Shown here piece after piece: positions 50,647 through 59,764 of a stretch of 64,000 nt of DNA. The notes under the pieces were generated by a model that saw nothing but the letters and a program-made list of their open reading frames with translations, was not told the origin of the DNA and did no database searches. How positions within the stretch are numbered: position 1 is the first letter of the stretch; every line of letters begins with the position of its first letter. The DNA comes from an uncultured Verrucomicrobiae bacterium (GTDB lineage: Bacteria > Verrucomicrobiota > Verrucomicrobiia > Chthoniobacterales > JAFAMB01): contig CAWIPH010000002.1 of assembly GCA_963837955.1 (NCBI GenBank), positions 4,288,001-4,352,000 on the forward strand, in the 5' to 3' direction. The position numbers and the translations under genes were made by a program.

Positions 50647-51771
50647 TTAAAGGGGGTCAGTCAACAATTCTTGACAGATTGCATCCAGCTTTTAATTCGA
50701 GGATCGAACTGCCGGTTGAGATTTTTTTCGAACCGTCGGATCTGCTGGCTCACATTCGCAGCACTTCGCATGTTAAGACGATTAGCGATCCAGCTTTGAT
50801 CCATAGTCGTGGAGCGAGCTATCGCCCAGGCCAAACTCACTTTTCGCGGTTCATTGCCACGACTAGCCTTGAGGTCCTCTTCGCAAAGTTGAAGCTCTTT
50901 GAAGCCGGCTCGGATTAAAGCGGTTGCGTCCGCTTCTGCATGATCATGTCCTTGACGACTACTGCGCTGGTTGCGGTTGCTAAGCCCGCTCAATCGCCCA
51001 GCAGCCAGTTCCAGCAACTTTTGCCGAAATCCTTCGCTTCCCCAGTACCAGCCACGCCGTAAGGTACTATTGAGCGATTGGCCTTCTCGTACTGCCCAAC
51101 CACACTCTTGCGCCTCTTCTGCAAGGACGCGTTGCTCCAAACGCTCGATCATTTCTTTTCGGCCCGCGACATCATCCTTGCAGCCAAAGGCCGTAAAAGC
51201 TCTTTCGGTTACACACCACGTCGGCCTGCGCGCAGCAGACACAGCATAGACCTGCTTCAAACTACTCCAGCGATAGCCTAGTAGCCCTGCCCCACGCTCG
51301 GAATCAACCAACCCTGCCCGAACCGGATTGAGGTGAATATAATCCCAAAGATTGCCCAAATAATCCTGCTCTGAGTCCAAGTCGCTCTCGACCAAAACCG
51401 CCTTATAGCGCCCGCCAAACACGTGGCCCCAAAGCCCATGACGATGATTGAACCGACGGGTGTAAGTGTTTTGGATCCATCGCATTCCTTCGACCAAGTT
51501 GGGCCGCGGTGTCTCAACTAGCCAATGATAATGGTTAGTCATCAATACCCATGCGTGGATCCGCCATCCGGTCTTGGCGCAAGCCTGACTCAAGGTTCTC
51601 AGCATCGTCTCTCGATCCTCATCATCCACAAAGATATCTTCTCCGCGATCACCCCGTGCCATGACATGGTAAAGGGCTCCGGAATACTCAACGCGGACCT
51701 GCCTGGGCATCGCCTTCCCTCACCTATTAAAATTGCATCTCCGTCAAAATTTGTTGACTGACCCCTTTTAA
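50647..51771. mobile_element. Y1 (HUH) transposase element with 29-bp terminal inverted repeats
   Basis: 50647-50675 and 51743-51771 are inverted repeats (26/29), each with outer TTAA, a GGGGTCAG core and an internal GTCAA-N6-TTGAC palindrome. Confidence 0.85.
50661..51710 (-). CDS. RAYT-related Y1 tyrosine transposase with C-terminal HTH-like domain
   Basis: MPR..R..Y.GALYHVMARG, VLMTNHYHWL (HUH), GHVF.GRYKA and YIHLNPVRAGLV (catalytic Tyr); stop codon lies inside the left repeat. Confidence 0.92.
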   Translation of the reverse strand: MPRQVRVEYSGALYHVMARGDRGEDIFVDDEDRETMLRTLSQACAKTGWRIHAWVLMTNHYHWLVETPRPNLVEGMRWIQNTYTRRFNHRHGLWGHVFGGRYKAVLVESDLDSEQDYLGNLWDYIHLNPVRAGLVDSERGAGLLGYRWSSLKQVYAVSAARRPTWCVTERAFTAFGCKDDVAGRKEMIERLEQRVLAEEAQECGWAVREGQSLNSTLRRGWYWGSEGFRQKLLELAAGRLSGLSNRNQRSSRQGHDHAEADATALIRAGFKELQLCEEDLKASRGNEPRKVSLAWAIARSTTMDQSWIANRLNMRSAANVSQQIRRFEKNLNRQFDPRIKSWMQSVKNC

Positions 51772-51777
51772 CGTCCG

Positions 51778-51812
51778 CAAAGATATCTTCTCCGCGATCA
51801 CCCCGTGCCATG
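51778..51812. repeat. 35-bp exact copy of transposase coding sequence outside the right repeat
   Basis: caaagatatcttctccgcgatcaccccgtgccatg occurs at both 51629-51663 and 51778-51812; bracketed by tttaacgtccgca at 51767-51779 and 51825-51837. Confidence 0.9.
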
Positions 51813-51863
51813 CTGATCACGACCTTTAACGTCCGCATAGCGACGGCAAGGTACAGTTGGGAG

Positions 51864-53393
51864 CTACCACAAATTTCGATCCAGCGCTCGGTACTGCACC
51901 GCTTCGGAAAGATGGTCGACGTTGATACGGTCGCTGCCGGCCAGATCGGCGATCGTGCGAGCTACTTTGAGAATCCGGTCATAAGCTCGAGCACTCAGGT
52001 TCAACGAACTGGCGGCTTGCTTGATTAGATCGAGACCGGCCAAATCAAGCTGGCAATACTTTCGAATCAAACGATTGGGGAGTCTCGCGTTACAACGCAC
52101 ACCGTTTTCACTGTGCAACCGTTTCCGCTGCACCAGACGCGCCCGAGCGACTCGGTTCCGGACCAGCTCAGAGCTTTCTGATTCCGTCGTCCCGGTCAGA
52201 TCCTGAATATCGATCGCCGGAACGTCGACATGAATATCGATCCGATCGAGCAACGGCCCGGAAATACGTCCGCGATATTTCTGCACCTGCACGGGACTAC
52301 AACGACATTCTCTTTTCGCATTGCCATAGTGACCGCACGGGCACGGATTCATCGCGGCGATCAACATAAATGCAGCCGGGAATGTGAGTGAACCAGCCGC
52401 CCGCGATATGGTCACTTTGCCATCCTCCAACGGTTGCCGCATTACTTCCAGCGTCGACCGATGAAATTCCGGGAGCTCATCCAGAAAAAGAACACCATTG
52501 TGCGCCAGGCTCACTTCGCCTGGTGTCGGATGCATCGTACCGCCGAGAAGACCAGCGTCGGAGATGGTATGGTGGGGCGATCGGAATGGACGCGTGGTAA
52601 TGAACTGCCGATCGCCATTCAACTGTCCGCAAATACTATGGATCTTGGTCGTCTCGATTGCTTCTTCTAAACTAATCGGCGGCAGAATCGATGGAATGCG
52701 TTTGGCGATCATCGATTTACCCGAGCCCGGCGGCCCAATCATCAGCAGGTTATGACCTCCGGCCGCAGCGACTTCGACCGCTCTTCTGACGTGGTATTGG
52801 CCCTTCACTTCGGAGAAGTCAGATTCATCGCGAGTCTTGTAAACCGTCCATGGCTGCGTCGGCACTGCGGCTAATTCTTTCTCGCCGCGCAAGAATTGAA
52901 CGACTTCCGAGAGACTGGTTGCTCCATAAACCGCCAATCCGTCCACTACCGCCGCCTCCGCCGCATTCTGACGGGGCACAATGAGGCGTTCCCGGCGCCG
53001 TTTGCGTGCCTCCAGCGCAATCGCCAACGCTCCTCTCACCGGACGCAGCTCGCCGGAAAGCGCCAGCTCTCCACAGATATAGCAGTGATCCAGGTCCGGG
53101 ATCCGGTTTTGCTCGTTCAACTGCAACATCGCCAGGGCGATCGGCAGATCAAAGCTTGGGCCCTCTTTGCGCACCGTAGCCGGCGCCAAATTAATGGTAA
53201 TCTTTCCGCGAGGCCGCCGCAGCGCACTGTTGCTGAGCGCGCTTAGGACCCGATCTCTGCTCTCTTTAACCGCGGTATCCGGCAAGCCAACCACCGCGAT
53301 CCTTCCCTCAGGTCCCCACCCAGCGTGCACTTCGATCTCGACCTCGGAAGCATCCACCCCCACTACCGTCGCAGAATAGACCTTCGATGGCAT
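51864..53393 (-). CDS. comM: ComM/YifB Mg-chelatase-like AAA+ ATPase
   Basis: [55 protein letters not shown] and SGPLLDRID motifs. Confidence 0.96.
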   Translation of the reverse strand: MPSKVYSATVVGVDASEVEIEVHAGWGPEGRIAVVGLPDTAVKESRDRVLSALSNSALRRPRGKITINLAPATVRKEGPSFDLPIALAMLQLNEQNRIPDLDHCYICGELALSGELRPVRGALAIALEARKRRRERLIVPRQNAAEAAVVDGLAVYGATSLSEVVQFLRGEKELAAVPTQPWTVYKTRDESDFSEVKGQYHVRRAVEVAAAGGHNLLMIGPPGSGKSMIAKRIPSILPPISLEEAIETTKIHSICGQLNGDRQFITTRPFRSPHHTISDAGLLGGTMHPTPGEVSLAHNGVLFLDELPEFHRSTLEVMRQPLEDGKVTISRAAGSLTFPAAFMLIAAMNPCPCGHYGNAKRECRCSPVQVQKYRGRISGPLLDRIDIHVDVPAIDIQDLTGTTESESSELVRNRVARARLVQRKRLHSENGVRCNARLPNRLIRKYCQLDLAGLDLIKQAASSLNLSARAYDRILKVARTIADLAGSDRINVDHLSEAVQYRALDRNLW

Positions 53394-53497
53394 AACAGTT
53401 CGCGAAAATGTTCTTTTATAACAACATTTGCAAGAATTGTTTTCGACACGGCTTTTCTCGAAGGCAAAAGTTGCCTCTTTATGTTAAAACAGGTCTC

Positions 53498-53833
53498 ATG
53501 GCACCATCCAATAAACAAGGCGTTCAGGTATCCGTCGGCATTTTGGCTCAAATGAAAGCTAAACCGGGCAAAGAAGCCGCCGTGGAAGCATTTCTTAAAG
53601 AAGCGTTGCCATTGGCTAACGAAGAAAGTGGCACAACTGTCTGGTTTGCTATCAAACTCGATCCGTCAACCTTCGGTATTTTCGACGCGTTCGCTGATGA
53701 AGCTGGACGTAACGCTCACCTCACAGGTCCGATCGCCGGGGCCTTGATGGCCAACGCCGCAGAGCTGCTGTCCGAGGCTCCGAGCATTCGGAAGGTCGAC
53801 GTCTTGGCAGCAAAACTCTTAGCTTCCTCGTAA
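53498..53833 (+). CDS. antibiotic biosynthesis monooxygenase (ABM) family protein
   Basis: AKPGKE..VE.FL...LPLA.EE.GT..WFA and FGIFDAF.DE.GR.AHL motifs. Confidence 0.88.
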   Translation: MAPSNKQGVQVSVGILAQMKAKPGKEAAVEAFLKEALPLANEESGTTVWFAIKLDPSTFGIFDAFADEAGRNAHLTGPIAGALMANAAELLSEAPSIRKVDVLAAKLLASS

Positions 53834-53846
53834 GATATCAACCCGG

Positions 53847-53873
53847 AAAGAATGCGCTGCGGTTGCGTTCTTT
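53847..53873. terminator. possible bidirectional terminator
   Basis: aaagaatgcg-ctgcggt-tgcgttcttt hairpin between convergent genes. Confidence 0.4.
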
Positions 53874-53903
53874 GAAAGAGGATTATCCTCTAAAGTACAG
53901 AGG

Positions 53904-54710
53904 CTAATCACTCTTCACCGCAATCCAAACTTGTTCTTTCCCGTAGCTCGGCGGTGACTTCTGGAAATCGGAATATTCTTCAAGCACATGAAATCCGCAG
54001 AGGCGCAAAAGATGGCGCATCTCCTGGCGAAAAGTCCAACGTAGTCTAAGTATCTCTTCTTCCTGCCGTACGACCGTGGCATCGTCCGGTCCGAGCTCAG
54101 TGAATCGCCAGGTTTCGGTCAAACACTGGGATAGGACATCATTCATACGCCCCAAAACCTCGATCCGAACCCTATTCCTTGAAATTGGATGCGTAACGAT
54201 ACGTGAGGAAATGGCTACTTTGCTCTCACCAGGGAGGAGCAAATCGTATCGCGGATCAAATAGATTAAGGACCAATATGCCACCAGGCAGCATGTGACGG
54301 CGGATGCAGCGAAGACAGCTCTCCTGATCTTCTGGTGAAAGCAAATTCTGAAACGAGCGGAAGGTCAGGTAAACGCCGCTGAATTGAATTGCGAATGCAA
54401 ACTCTCGCATGTTCCCTTCTGTCAGGAACAGACGGCTGGCTACTGCGTCCGGGAGGTGCCGTTGTTTAGCCTCAGCAATCGACAACATGGCAGAACTGGC
54501 GTCCAACCCATGTACTTCACAACCAGCTTCAACCAACGGTATCGCCGCTCGACCAGTCCCGCACGCGAGTTCAAGTATTGGCCCCTCTATATTTCGAAAC
54601 CGTTCGCATAAAAAAGATACATCTGCACCGGCCTCGCCCCAGCCAGTAGTCGTCATCGTATCATAGATCTCGACGTGGAGACCTCGTTCAGTATAAGAGG
54701 ACGGCGGCAT
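53904..54710 (-). CDS. class I SAM-dependent methyltransferase
   Basis: ILELACGTGR, GLDASSAML, GNMREF and PGGILV motifs. Confidence 0.9.
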   Translation of the reverse strand: MPPSSYTERGLHVEIYDTMTTTGWGEAGADVSFLCERFRNIEGPILELACGTGRAAIPLVEAGCEVHGLDASSAMLSIAEAKQRHLPDAVASRLFLTEGNMREFAFAIQFSGVYLTFRSFQNLLSPEDQESCLRCIRRHMLPGGILVLNLFDPRYDLLLPGESKVAISSRIVTHPISRNRVRIEVLGRMNDVLSQCLTETWRFTELGPDDATVVRQEEEILRLRWTFRQEMRHLLRLCGFHVLEEYSDFQKSPPSYGKEQVWIAVKSD

Positions 54711-54778
54711 AAAAAAAGTGCTCCTACCGCACGGGATTTGCTGCTCGACCAAAGCCTTTAGGGTTATTCACAGTCTGA

Positions 54779-54832
54779 TCGATGGCCCAACAGTTCGATA
54801 AACTGTTCTTCCGTGACAACATTTGCAAGAAT
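54779..54832 (-). pseudogene. comM: copy of the comM upstream region and first codons, start codon destroyed
   Basis: 45/54 ungapped identity to 53384-53437; the cat (ATG on minus) is replaced by ccc. Confidence 0.8.
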
Positions 54833-54952
54833 GTTTGAGAGAGACCGTTTTTCACCCCCTTGCTAGTCAGAAACCGGGTCGTGTTGTCCGAGGAATTTTC
54901 CTCCGCATTCCTGCGGACCGGTGGTAAGTTAAGCGGAAGACTTCGGCGGAAT

Positions 54953-56239
54953 ATGAGGTTTGCGGGCCTATTGGTCGCGATGTTATGGCTGACCGTTTCT
55001 ACGGTGGTGGCCAGCAGCGAAAAACTCTGCCTCATTACCGTGGACGGCCCGATTGGTCCAGCGACAGCCAATTATGTTTCGCGAGCCGTTGACGAAGCAG
55101 CGGCGCAGGGCGCCCAATGTTTGATCATCCAGCTCAACACCCCAGGGGGTCTACTCGACTCAATGCAGCGAATTGTGCAAAAACTGTTAGCTTCTTCGGT
55201 TCCTGTGGTTGTCTACGTCGCGCCAACCGGAGCCACGGCCGCAAGCGCCGGCTGCTTTATTACTTTAGCAGCAGATGTAGCCGCAATGGCTCCGGCCACA
55301 ACGATCGGGGCGGCACACCCGGTGTCGTTGGGTGGCGTCAGCGGCAATGAAGATACCAAGTCTGATTCCACCATGACGAAGAAACTGGAAAATTTCGCCG
55401 CTAGCTACATCCAGGCGATTGCCAGTAAGCGGAGCCGAAATGTTGGATGGGCCGAATTGGCGGTCAGAGAAAGCGCTTCGATTCCAGCAGAGAAGGCCCA
55501 CGAACTGAAGGTGATCGAGATCATCGCCGTGAATTTTGACGATCTGCTCCGTCAGTTGGATGGCCGCGTCGTTAACGGTAAACCTCTTAAGACAGCCGGC
55601 GCGCAAACTATTGAGATCAAAATGTCCGCAGCGGAACAGATCTTCCAAGCGGCGTGGCGCCCCGAGGTCATGTTCATCCTATTATTGATCGCCATCTATG
55701 GAATCATCGGCGAGCTGACCACCCCTGGAGCGATACTGCCGGGAGTGGTCGGAGCGATTGCGCTGCTCCTCGCACTCTATATGGCGGCAATCCTGCCGGT
55801 GAACATCACCGGATTACTGTTAATTGGGTTGGCCGTTGTGTTGTTCATTATTGACGTATTTGCGCCGACTCACGGCGTTCTGACGATAGGCGGGATAGCT
55901 GCGTTTCTGATCGGCTCTCTCATGCTCTTCAATCGTCAAGATCCGGTATTTCGCTTGTCGCTGCAGTACATCATTCCCGGAGTTGTTCTGACTACAGCGT
56001 TCTTTGTTTTGATCATCGGCAAGGGACTCGGAGCCCAACGGCTGCCCGTCAGGGTCGGGAAAGAAACCATGATCGGAAAATTGGCTAACGCCCTAACGCC
56101 GATCGACACCACCGGCGGGAAAGTTTTTGTTGAAGGAGAATACTGGAACGCGACCAGTGAAGTTCCAGTGGACAAAGGACAACTGGTTCAGATAAGTGCC
56201 GTGGAAGGATTGACTGTAAAAGTGCTGCCTAAAACTTAA
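54953..56239 (+). CDS. nfeD: long-form NfeD membrane serine protease
   Basis: Signal peptide, LNTPGG, AASAG, IGAAHP ClpP-like domain, TM bundle, and C-terminal OB fold (G.VFVEGEYWNA). Confidence 0.93.
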   Translation: MRFAGLLVAMLWLTVSTVVASSEKLCLITVDGPIGPATANYVSRAVDEAAAQGAQCLIIQLNTPGGLLDSMQRIVQKLLASSVPVVVYVAPTGATAASAGCFITLAADVAAMAPATTIGAAHPVSLGGVSGNEDTKSDSTMTKKLENFAASYIQAIASKRSRNVGWAELAVRESASIPAEKAHELKVIEIIAVNFDDLLRQLDGRVVNGKPLKTAGAQTIEIKMSAAEQIFQAAWRPEVMFILLLIAIYGIIGELTTPGAILPGVVGAIALLLALYMAAILPVNITGLLLIGLAVVLFIIDVFAPTHGVLTIGGIAAFLIGSLMLFNRQDPVFRLSLQYIIPGVVLTTAFFVLIIGKGLGAQRLPVRVGKETMIGKLANALTPIDTTGGKVFVEGEYWNATSEVPVDKGQLVQISAVEGLTVKVLPKT

Positions 56240-56251
56240 CAAGCCAATTAC

Positions 56252-57034
56252 ATGCTCGAAGATTTCACACGATTAATTGCCTGGATCGTTCCGCTGATTG
56301 TTCTGGCCGCGATCTTCCTGCCCCAAATGGTCCGTATTCTGCGCGAGTATGAACGCGGAGTAATATTTCGGCTTGGCAAACTGCTGGGCACCAAAGGACC
56401 AGGGTTAATTTTTCTCATTCCGGTGGTCGATCGGATGGTTAGAATGGACCTCCGAGTTGTAACGATCGACGTCGCTCGCCAAGAAGTGATGACCCGGGAT
56501 AACGTGCCGGTAACGGTTGATGCGGTCGTTTATTTTCGGGTCGTCGGTCCGGAAGCCGCGGTGATTAAAGTGGAGAATTTCCTGAAAGCGACATCCCTGA
56601 TTTCTCAAACAACATTACGCAGTGTCCTCGGCCAAGCAGAGCTCGATGAACTATTATCACAGCGTGACAAGATCAATATGACATTGCAGGAAATCATTGA
56701 TCGGCAGACAGATCCGTGGGGTATCAAAGTCACTGCCGTCGAAGTCAAAGACGTTGTTTTGCCCGACAGTATGAAACGCGCAATGGCTGGCCAGGCCGAG
56801 TCGGAGCGGGAGCGCCGAGCGAAAATCATAAACGCCGAGGGCGAGTTTCAAGCCGCCGAAAAGCTCGTGCAAGCTGCCGCCATGATCTCGGCCCAGCCGA
56901 TCGCGTTACAACTCCGTTTTCTTCAAACCATGAAGGAAATCTCTAGCGAGCATAATACCACAACCATTCTGCCGGTGCCGATCGATCTGTTTTCGCCTTT
57001 CATCAAAACATCTGAAAAGGAAAAGACCGAGTGA
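56252..57034 (+). CDS. stomatin-like SPFH/Band 7 protein
   Basis: [39 protein letters not shown] and [11 protein letters not shown] motifs. Confidence 0.95.
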   Translation: MLEDFTRLIAWIVPLIVLAAIFLPQMVRILREYERGVIFRLGKLLGTKGPGLIFLIPVVDRMVRMDLRVVTIDVARQEVMTRDNVPVTVDAVVYFRVVGPEAAVIKVENFLKATSLISQTTLRSVLGQAELDELLSQRDKINMTLQEIIDRQTDPWGIKVTAVEVKDVVLPDSMKRAMAGQAESERERRAKIINAEGEFQAAEKLVQAAAMISAQPIALQLRFLQTMKEISSEHNTTTILPVPIDLFSPFIKTSEKEKTE

Positions 57035-57076
57035 ACGCTCAAAGGATTTACCTCGACACCGTCCGGCTCGTTTTCC

Positions 57077-58228
57077 ATGCTGCCGATTCGTACAATTTGT
57101 CTCATGAGGGTATTCGTCTTGGCGGCGATGGCTTGCCTATTGGTGTCTTCGAAGGGCGCAGCGGAATTACCAAACGAGGAGCTTCCGGCGCCGTTGCCCT
57201 CCCCTTCGGTCACCAAGCAGAAACTCATTGTCGGACTCACCAACGATCCGCCATTCGTGATCCGCGGGTCGGACGGCTCGTGGACCGGTATCAGCGTTGA
57301 ATTATGGCGGCAGGTGGCGACGGAGCTTGGTCTCAACTACGAATTTCGCGAAACCGACCTGAAAGGTCGGTTTGAAGGGCTCGTGCGCGGTTGGTTCGAC
57401 GCCACGGTCGGACCCTTAACCATCACAGCAGAGCGAGAACAGGTCTGCGATTTTACCCACGCTTACTTTGTCAGCGGTCTGGGGGTAGCCATTCTAAAAG
57501 ATAGCGCAGCAGGTAACCAAAACCTGATTTTCAACCCTGCGTTCTTCCGGTTTGCCTGGTCTGTCTCGAGAGTCGCGCTTGCCTTGCTTGCTGTGCTTGC
57601 CGGCGTGGCCATCTTGATCTGGTTTTGCGAGCGACGAGCAAATCCGGCTCAATTCGGCGCACAGGGTCATCCCGTCCGAGGTCTGGGCGCATCCTTGTGG
57701 TGGGCAGCAGTCACCATGGCGAGCGTTGGTTACGGCGACTTAGTTCCAAGGACGTTTCTAGGTCGCACCATCGCCGTACTTTGGATGTTCGTCAGCTTGG
57801 TATTGGTCTCCGCCTTTACTGCGACCATGGCATCTACATTAACAGCTGAGCGGTTAGCGGGTGTTAGTATCCGGGGAGTTGAGGATCTCCGCCAACTCAA
57901 GGTCGGAGCGGTCGAGCACACTTCAGGCGCCCATTTTCTCGAGATTAATCACATCCCATTTACTAAATTGCCGTTTAACGAGCTCTTTAATTCGGTAAAA
58001 CAAAAAAAGATAGAAGCGGCTGTCTATGACGAACCTGTCCTCCGCTACGTTGGTCGCGACGCGGGGGATTGTAGAGTGCTGTCATTGCATTTGGATACGG
58101 AGTTATACGGGTTTGCGCTCCGCGAAGGCAGCCAGTTACGAGAACCGATCAATCGCGTACTTTTGCAAAAGATCCATGAGCCGGCTTGGACGGATCTGAT
58201 AGCCAAATACCTTCCGTCCAGCGAATAA
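57077..58228 (+). CDS. GluR0-type ligand-gated potassium channel (split SBP domain + pore)
   Basis: Signal peptide; S1 (DPPFV, GISVELW, LTITAEREQVCDFT); TM1; pore WWAAVTMASVGYGD; TM2 SAFTATMASTLT; S2 (VYDEPVLRY, YGFAL). Confidence 0.88.
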   Translation: MLPIRTICLMRVFVLAAMACLLVSSKGAAELPNEELPAPLPSPSVTKQKLIVGLTNDPPFVIRGSDGSWTGISVELWRQVATELGLNYEFRETDLKGRFEGLVRGWFDATVGPLTITAEREQVCDFTHAYFVSGLGVAILKDSAAGNQNLIFNPAFFRFAWSVSRVALALLAVLAGVAILIWFCERRANPAQFGAQGHPVRGLGASLWWAAVTMASVGYGDLVPRTFLGRTIAVLWMFVSLVLVSAFTATMASTLTAERLAGVSIRGVEDLRQLKVGAVEHTSGAHFLEINHIPFTKLPFNELFNSVKQKKIEAAVYDEPVLRYVGRDAGDCRVLSLHLDTELYGFALREGSQLREPINRVLLQKIHEPAWTDLIAKYLPSSE

Positions 58229-58414
58229 TCGGTTCTGACGAATCTCCGAGAAACCTGGTAGAAGACTATTGTCGAGGAGGCGAAAGCACCTGCCTCCGGG
58301 TTTAGATAAAGCATTCCTTGTCTAACCTCAGTTCGCTGTTAGACTCATCGTCCTTTCCCACTTGGTACCGTCTCCGACAGTTAACCCAAGCATCAAACAG
58401 CCAAACGCCATTTT

Positions 58415-59125
58415 ATGTTCACCCGATACCATTTGTCCCGTTTCGTATCGCCTCACCGAAACCCCTCTTCTAACATCCGACTAACTGTCGCCGGGATTCT
58501 TATCCTCTGCTCGTTTCCCTTGAACGGACGCAGCGCAAAAGTCGTGAATCAGGAAGACTTAACATCGTTACCACCGGGTCGACCCGCGATTGTCTACGTG
58601 CAAGATTTTAAGGTCGAGAAGGAGTCCAGCAACAGCGATCAACAAGCACTGGGCGGGGGCCGCGCTCGAGCGCTGATCGCCCAAGCCAAGAGCGCGACCG
58701 GCATGCAAAGCAGCCAGGTTGTGGACTTGATGGCCTCATCCTTGGTATCCGATCTAAACCAGGGTGGCGTAAAAGCACAGCGACTGGCTGCCGGCCAACC
58801 TCTACCACAAAACGGTTGGTTGGTCCGCGGCCTCTTCACGGAAGTCGATCAAGGCAATCGAGTCCTGCGGGCTGAAGTCGGATTTGGCGCAGGTTCTACC
58901 GATCTGGCGGTTTTGGTCAACGTGGCGGACCTGCAAAAAGGAAAATTGGAGCCATTTTATAAATTGGAAACGCAAGCAGGTAGCCGGAAAATGCCGGGAG
59001 GGATCGTATCTAAAAATCCTTATGTGGCGGCAGCCAAGTTTGTCATGTCCCGGCGAGATCTGCCGAAGAATATCCGGCAGACCGCACAGACCATTGCGGC
59101 TCAAATCATTCGCCGAGCCAAATAA
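58415..59125 (+). CDS. DUF4410 family exported protein
   Basis: VYVQDF, GWLVRG.F.EVDQGNR.LRA.VGFGAG and KMPG motifs; start uncertain. Confidence 0.7.
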   Translation: MFTRYHLSRFVSPHRNPSSNIRLTVAGILILCSFPLNGRSAKVVNQEDLTSLPPGRPAIVYVQDFKVEKESSNSDQQALGGGRARALIAQAKSATGMQSSQVVDLMASSLVSDLNQGGVKAQRLAAGQPLPQNGWLVRGLFTEVDQGNRVLRAEVGFGAGSTDLAVLVNVADLQKGKLEPFYKLETQAGSRKMPGGIVSKNPYVAAAKFVMSRRDLPKNIRQTAQTIAAQIIRRAK

Positions 59126-59139
59126 GCCGGTGGAGCGGA

Positions 59140-59499
59140 CTACTTACCTTTCGTGAGTTGAGCGCGCCGCTCAGCCTGAAGTGCATCGAGTTTCTTCGTC
59201 TGATCCGCGTTCAGATATTTCGCTGCGTCGTTTCGAAAGTCTGTCTGCAGCTGCATTGCTTTCTTGAGCTTTTGCAGCTTACCTGCGGACTTGTCTGCTT
59301 CCAGTGCCTCCGCCTTCTTATCCCTCTGCGCGACCAGGGGAGCTATCTGTTTTTGTTGCTGTTCGGTCAGTTGCAGTTTCTTGGTGAGTTCAGCCATCTG
59401 CAATTTCGCAATGCCCTGCTGCGCGAACGAGATTGTCGAAGCACTCAAGAAGATGATGGCGAAGGTCACGCATTGCCGGAATAGCTTATTAGTTTTCAT
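59140..59499 (-). CDS. hypothetical exported helical protein (LTxxQ-like)
   Basis: Signal peptide, then LQLTEQQQKQI and LNADQTKKL repeats; start at ATG 59499. Confidence 0.7.
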   Translation of the reverse strand: MKTNKLFRQCVTFAIIFLSASTISFAQQGIAKLQMAELTKKLQLTEQQQKQIAPLVAQRDKKAEALEADKSAGKLQKLKKAMQLQTDFRNDAAKYLNADQTKKLDALQAERRAQLTKGK

Positions 59500-59764
59500 T
59501 TCGTAAATTGTTTGATTTCTGTTTGAGGGAAGACAGTTCAATCCTTGAAAGTGCAGCTGGCTGCCACGTCCTGAAGTCGAGCGAAGACCTGCGCCGAGCG
59601 ACGCCGGTGCGAAGGGCGTTGGGGGGAAGGAAATCGGCCGAACCAACCAGCCTCTTTGGTTTTAGTCATAAGCCGATGCTCAGAACAAGCACCAAGTGCA
59701 GCCTTTCCGATGAGAAACAGCTCGGACCTACCCGAAGCAGGGACATCACTTCGCCGTCGATTGA

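Noticed and set aside
51767..51837. CRISPR array
   Set aside because: Only two 13-bp repeats and no cas genes in the window; kept as a finding but not called CRISPR.
53398..53423. LexA box upstream of comM
   Set aside because: The GTTC repeats are 8 nt apart, not the alphaproteobacterial N7, and TGTTC is not followed by GAACA at N4 as in the reported Verrucomicrobia motif.
48474..54832. Intact prophage or ICE at comM
   Set aside because: No integrase, phage or conjugation genes; only scars and a Y1 transposase.
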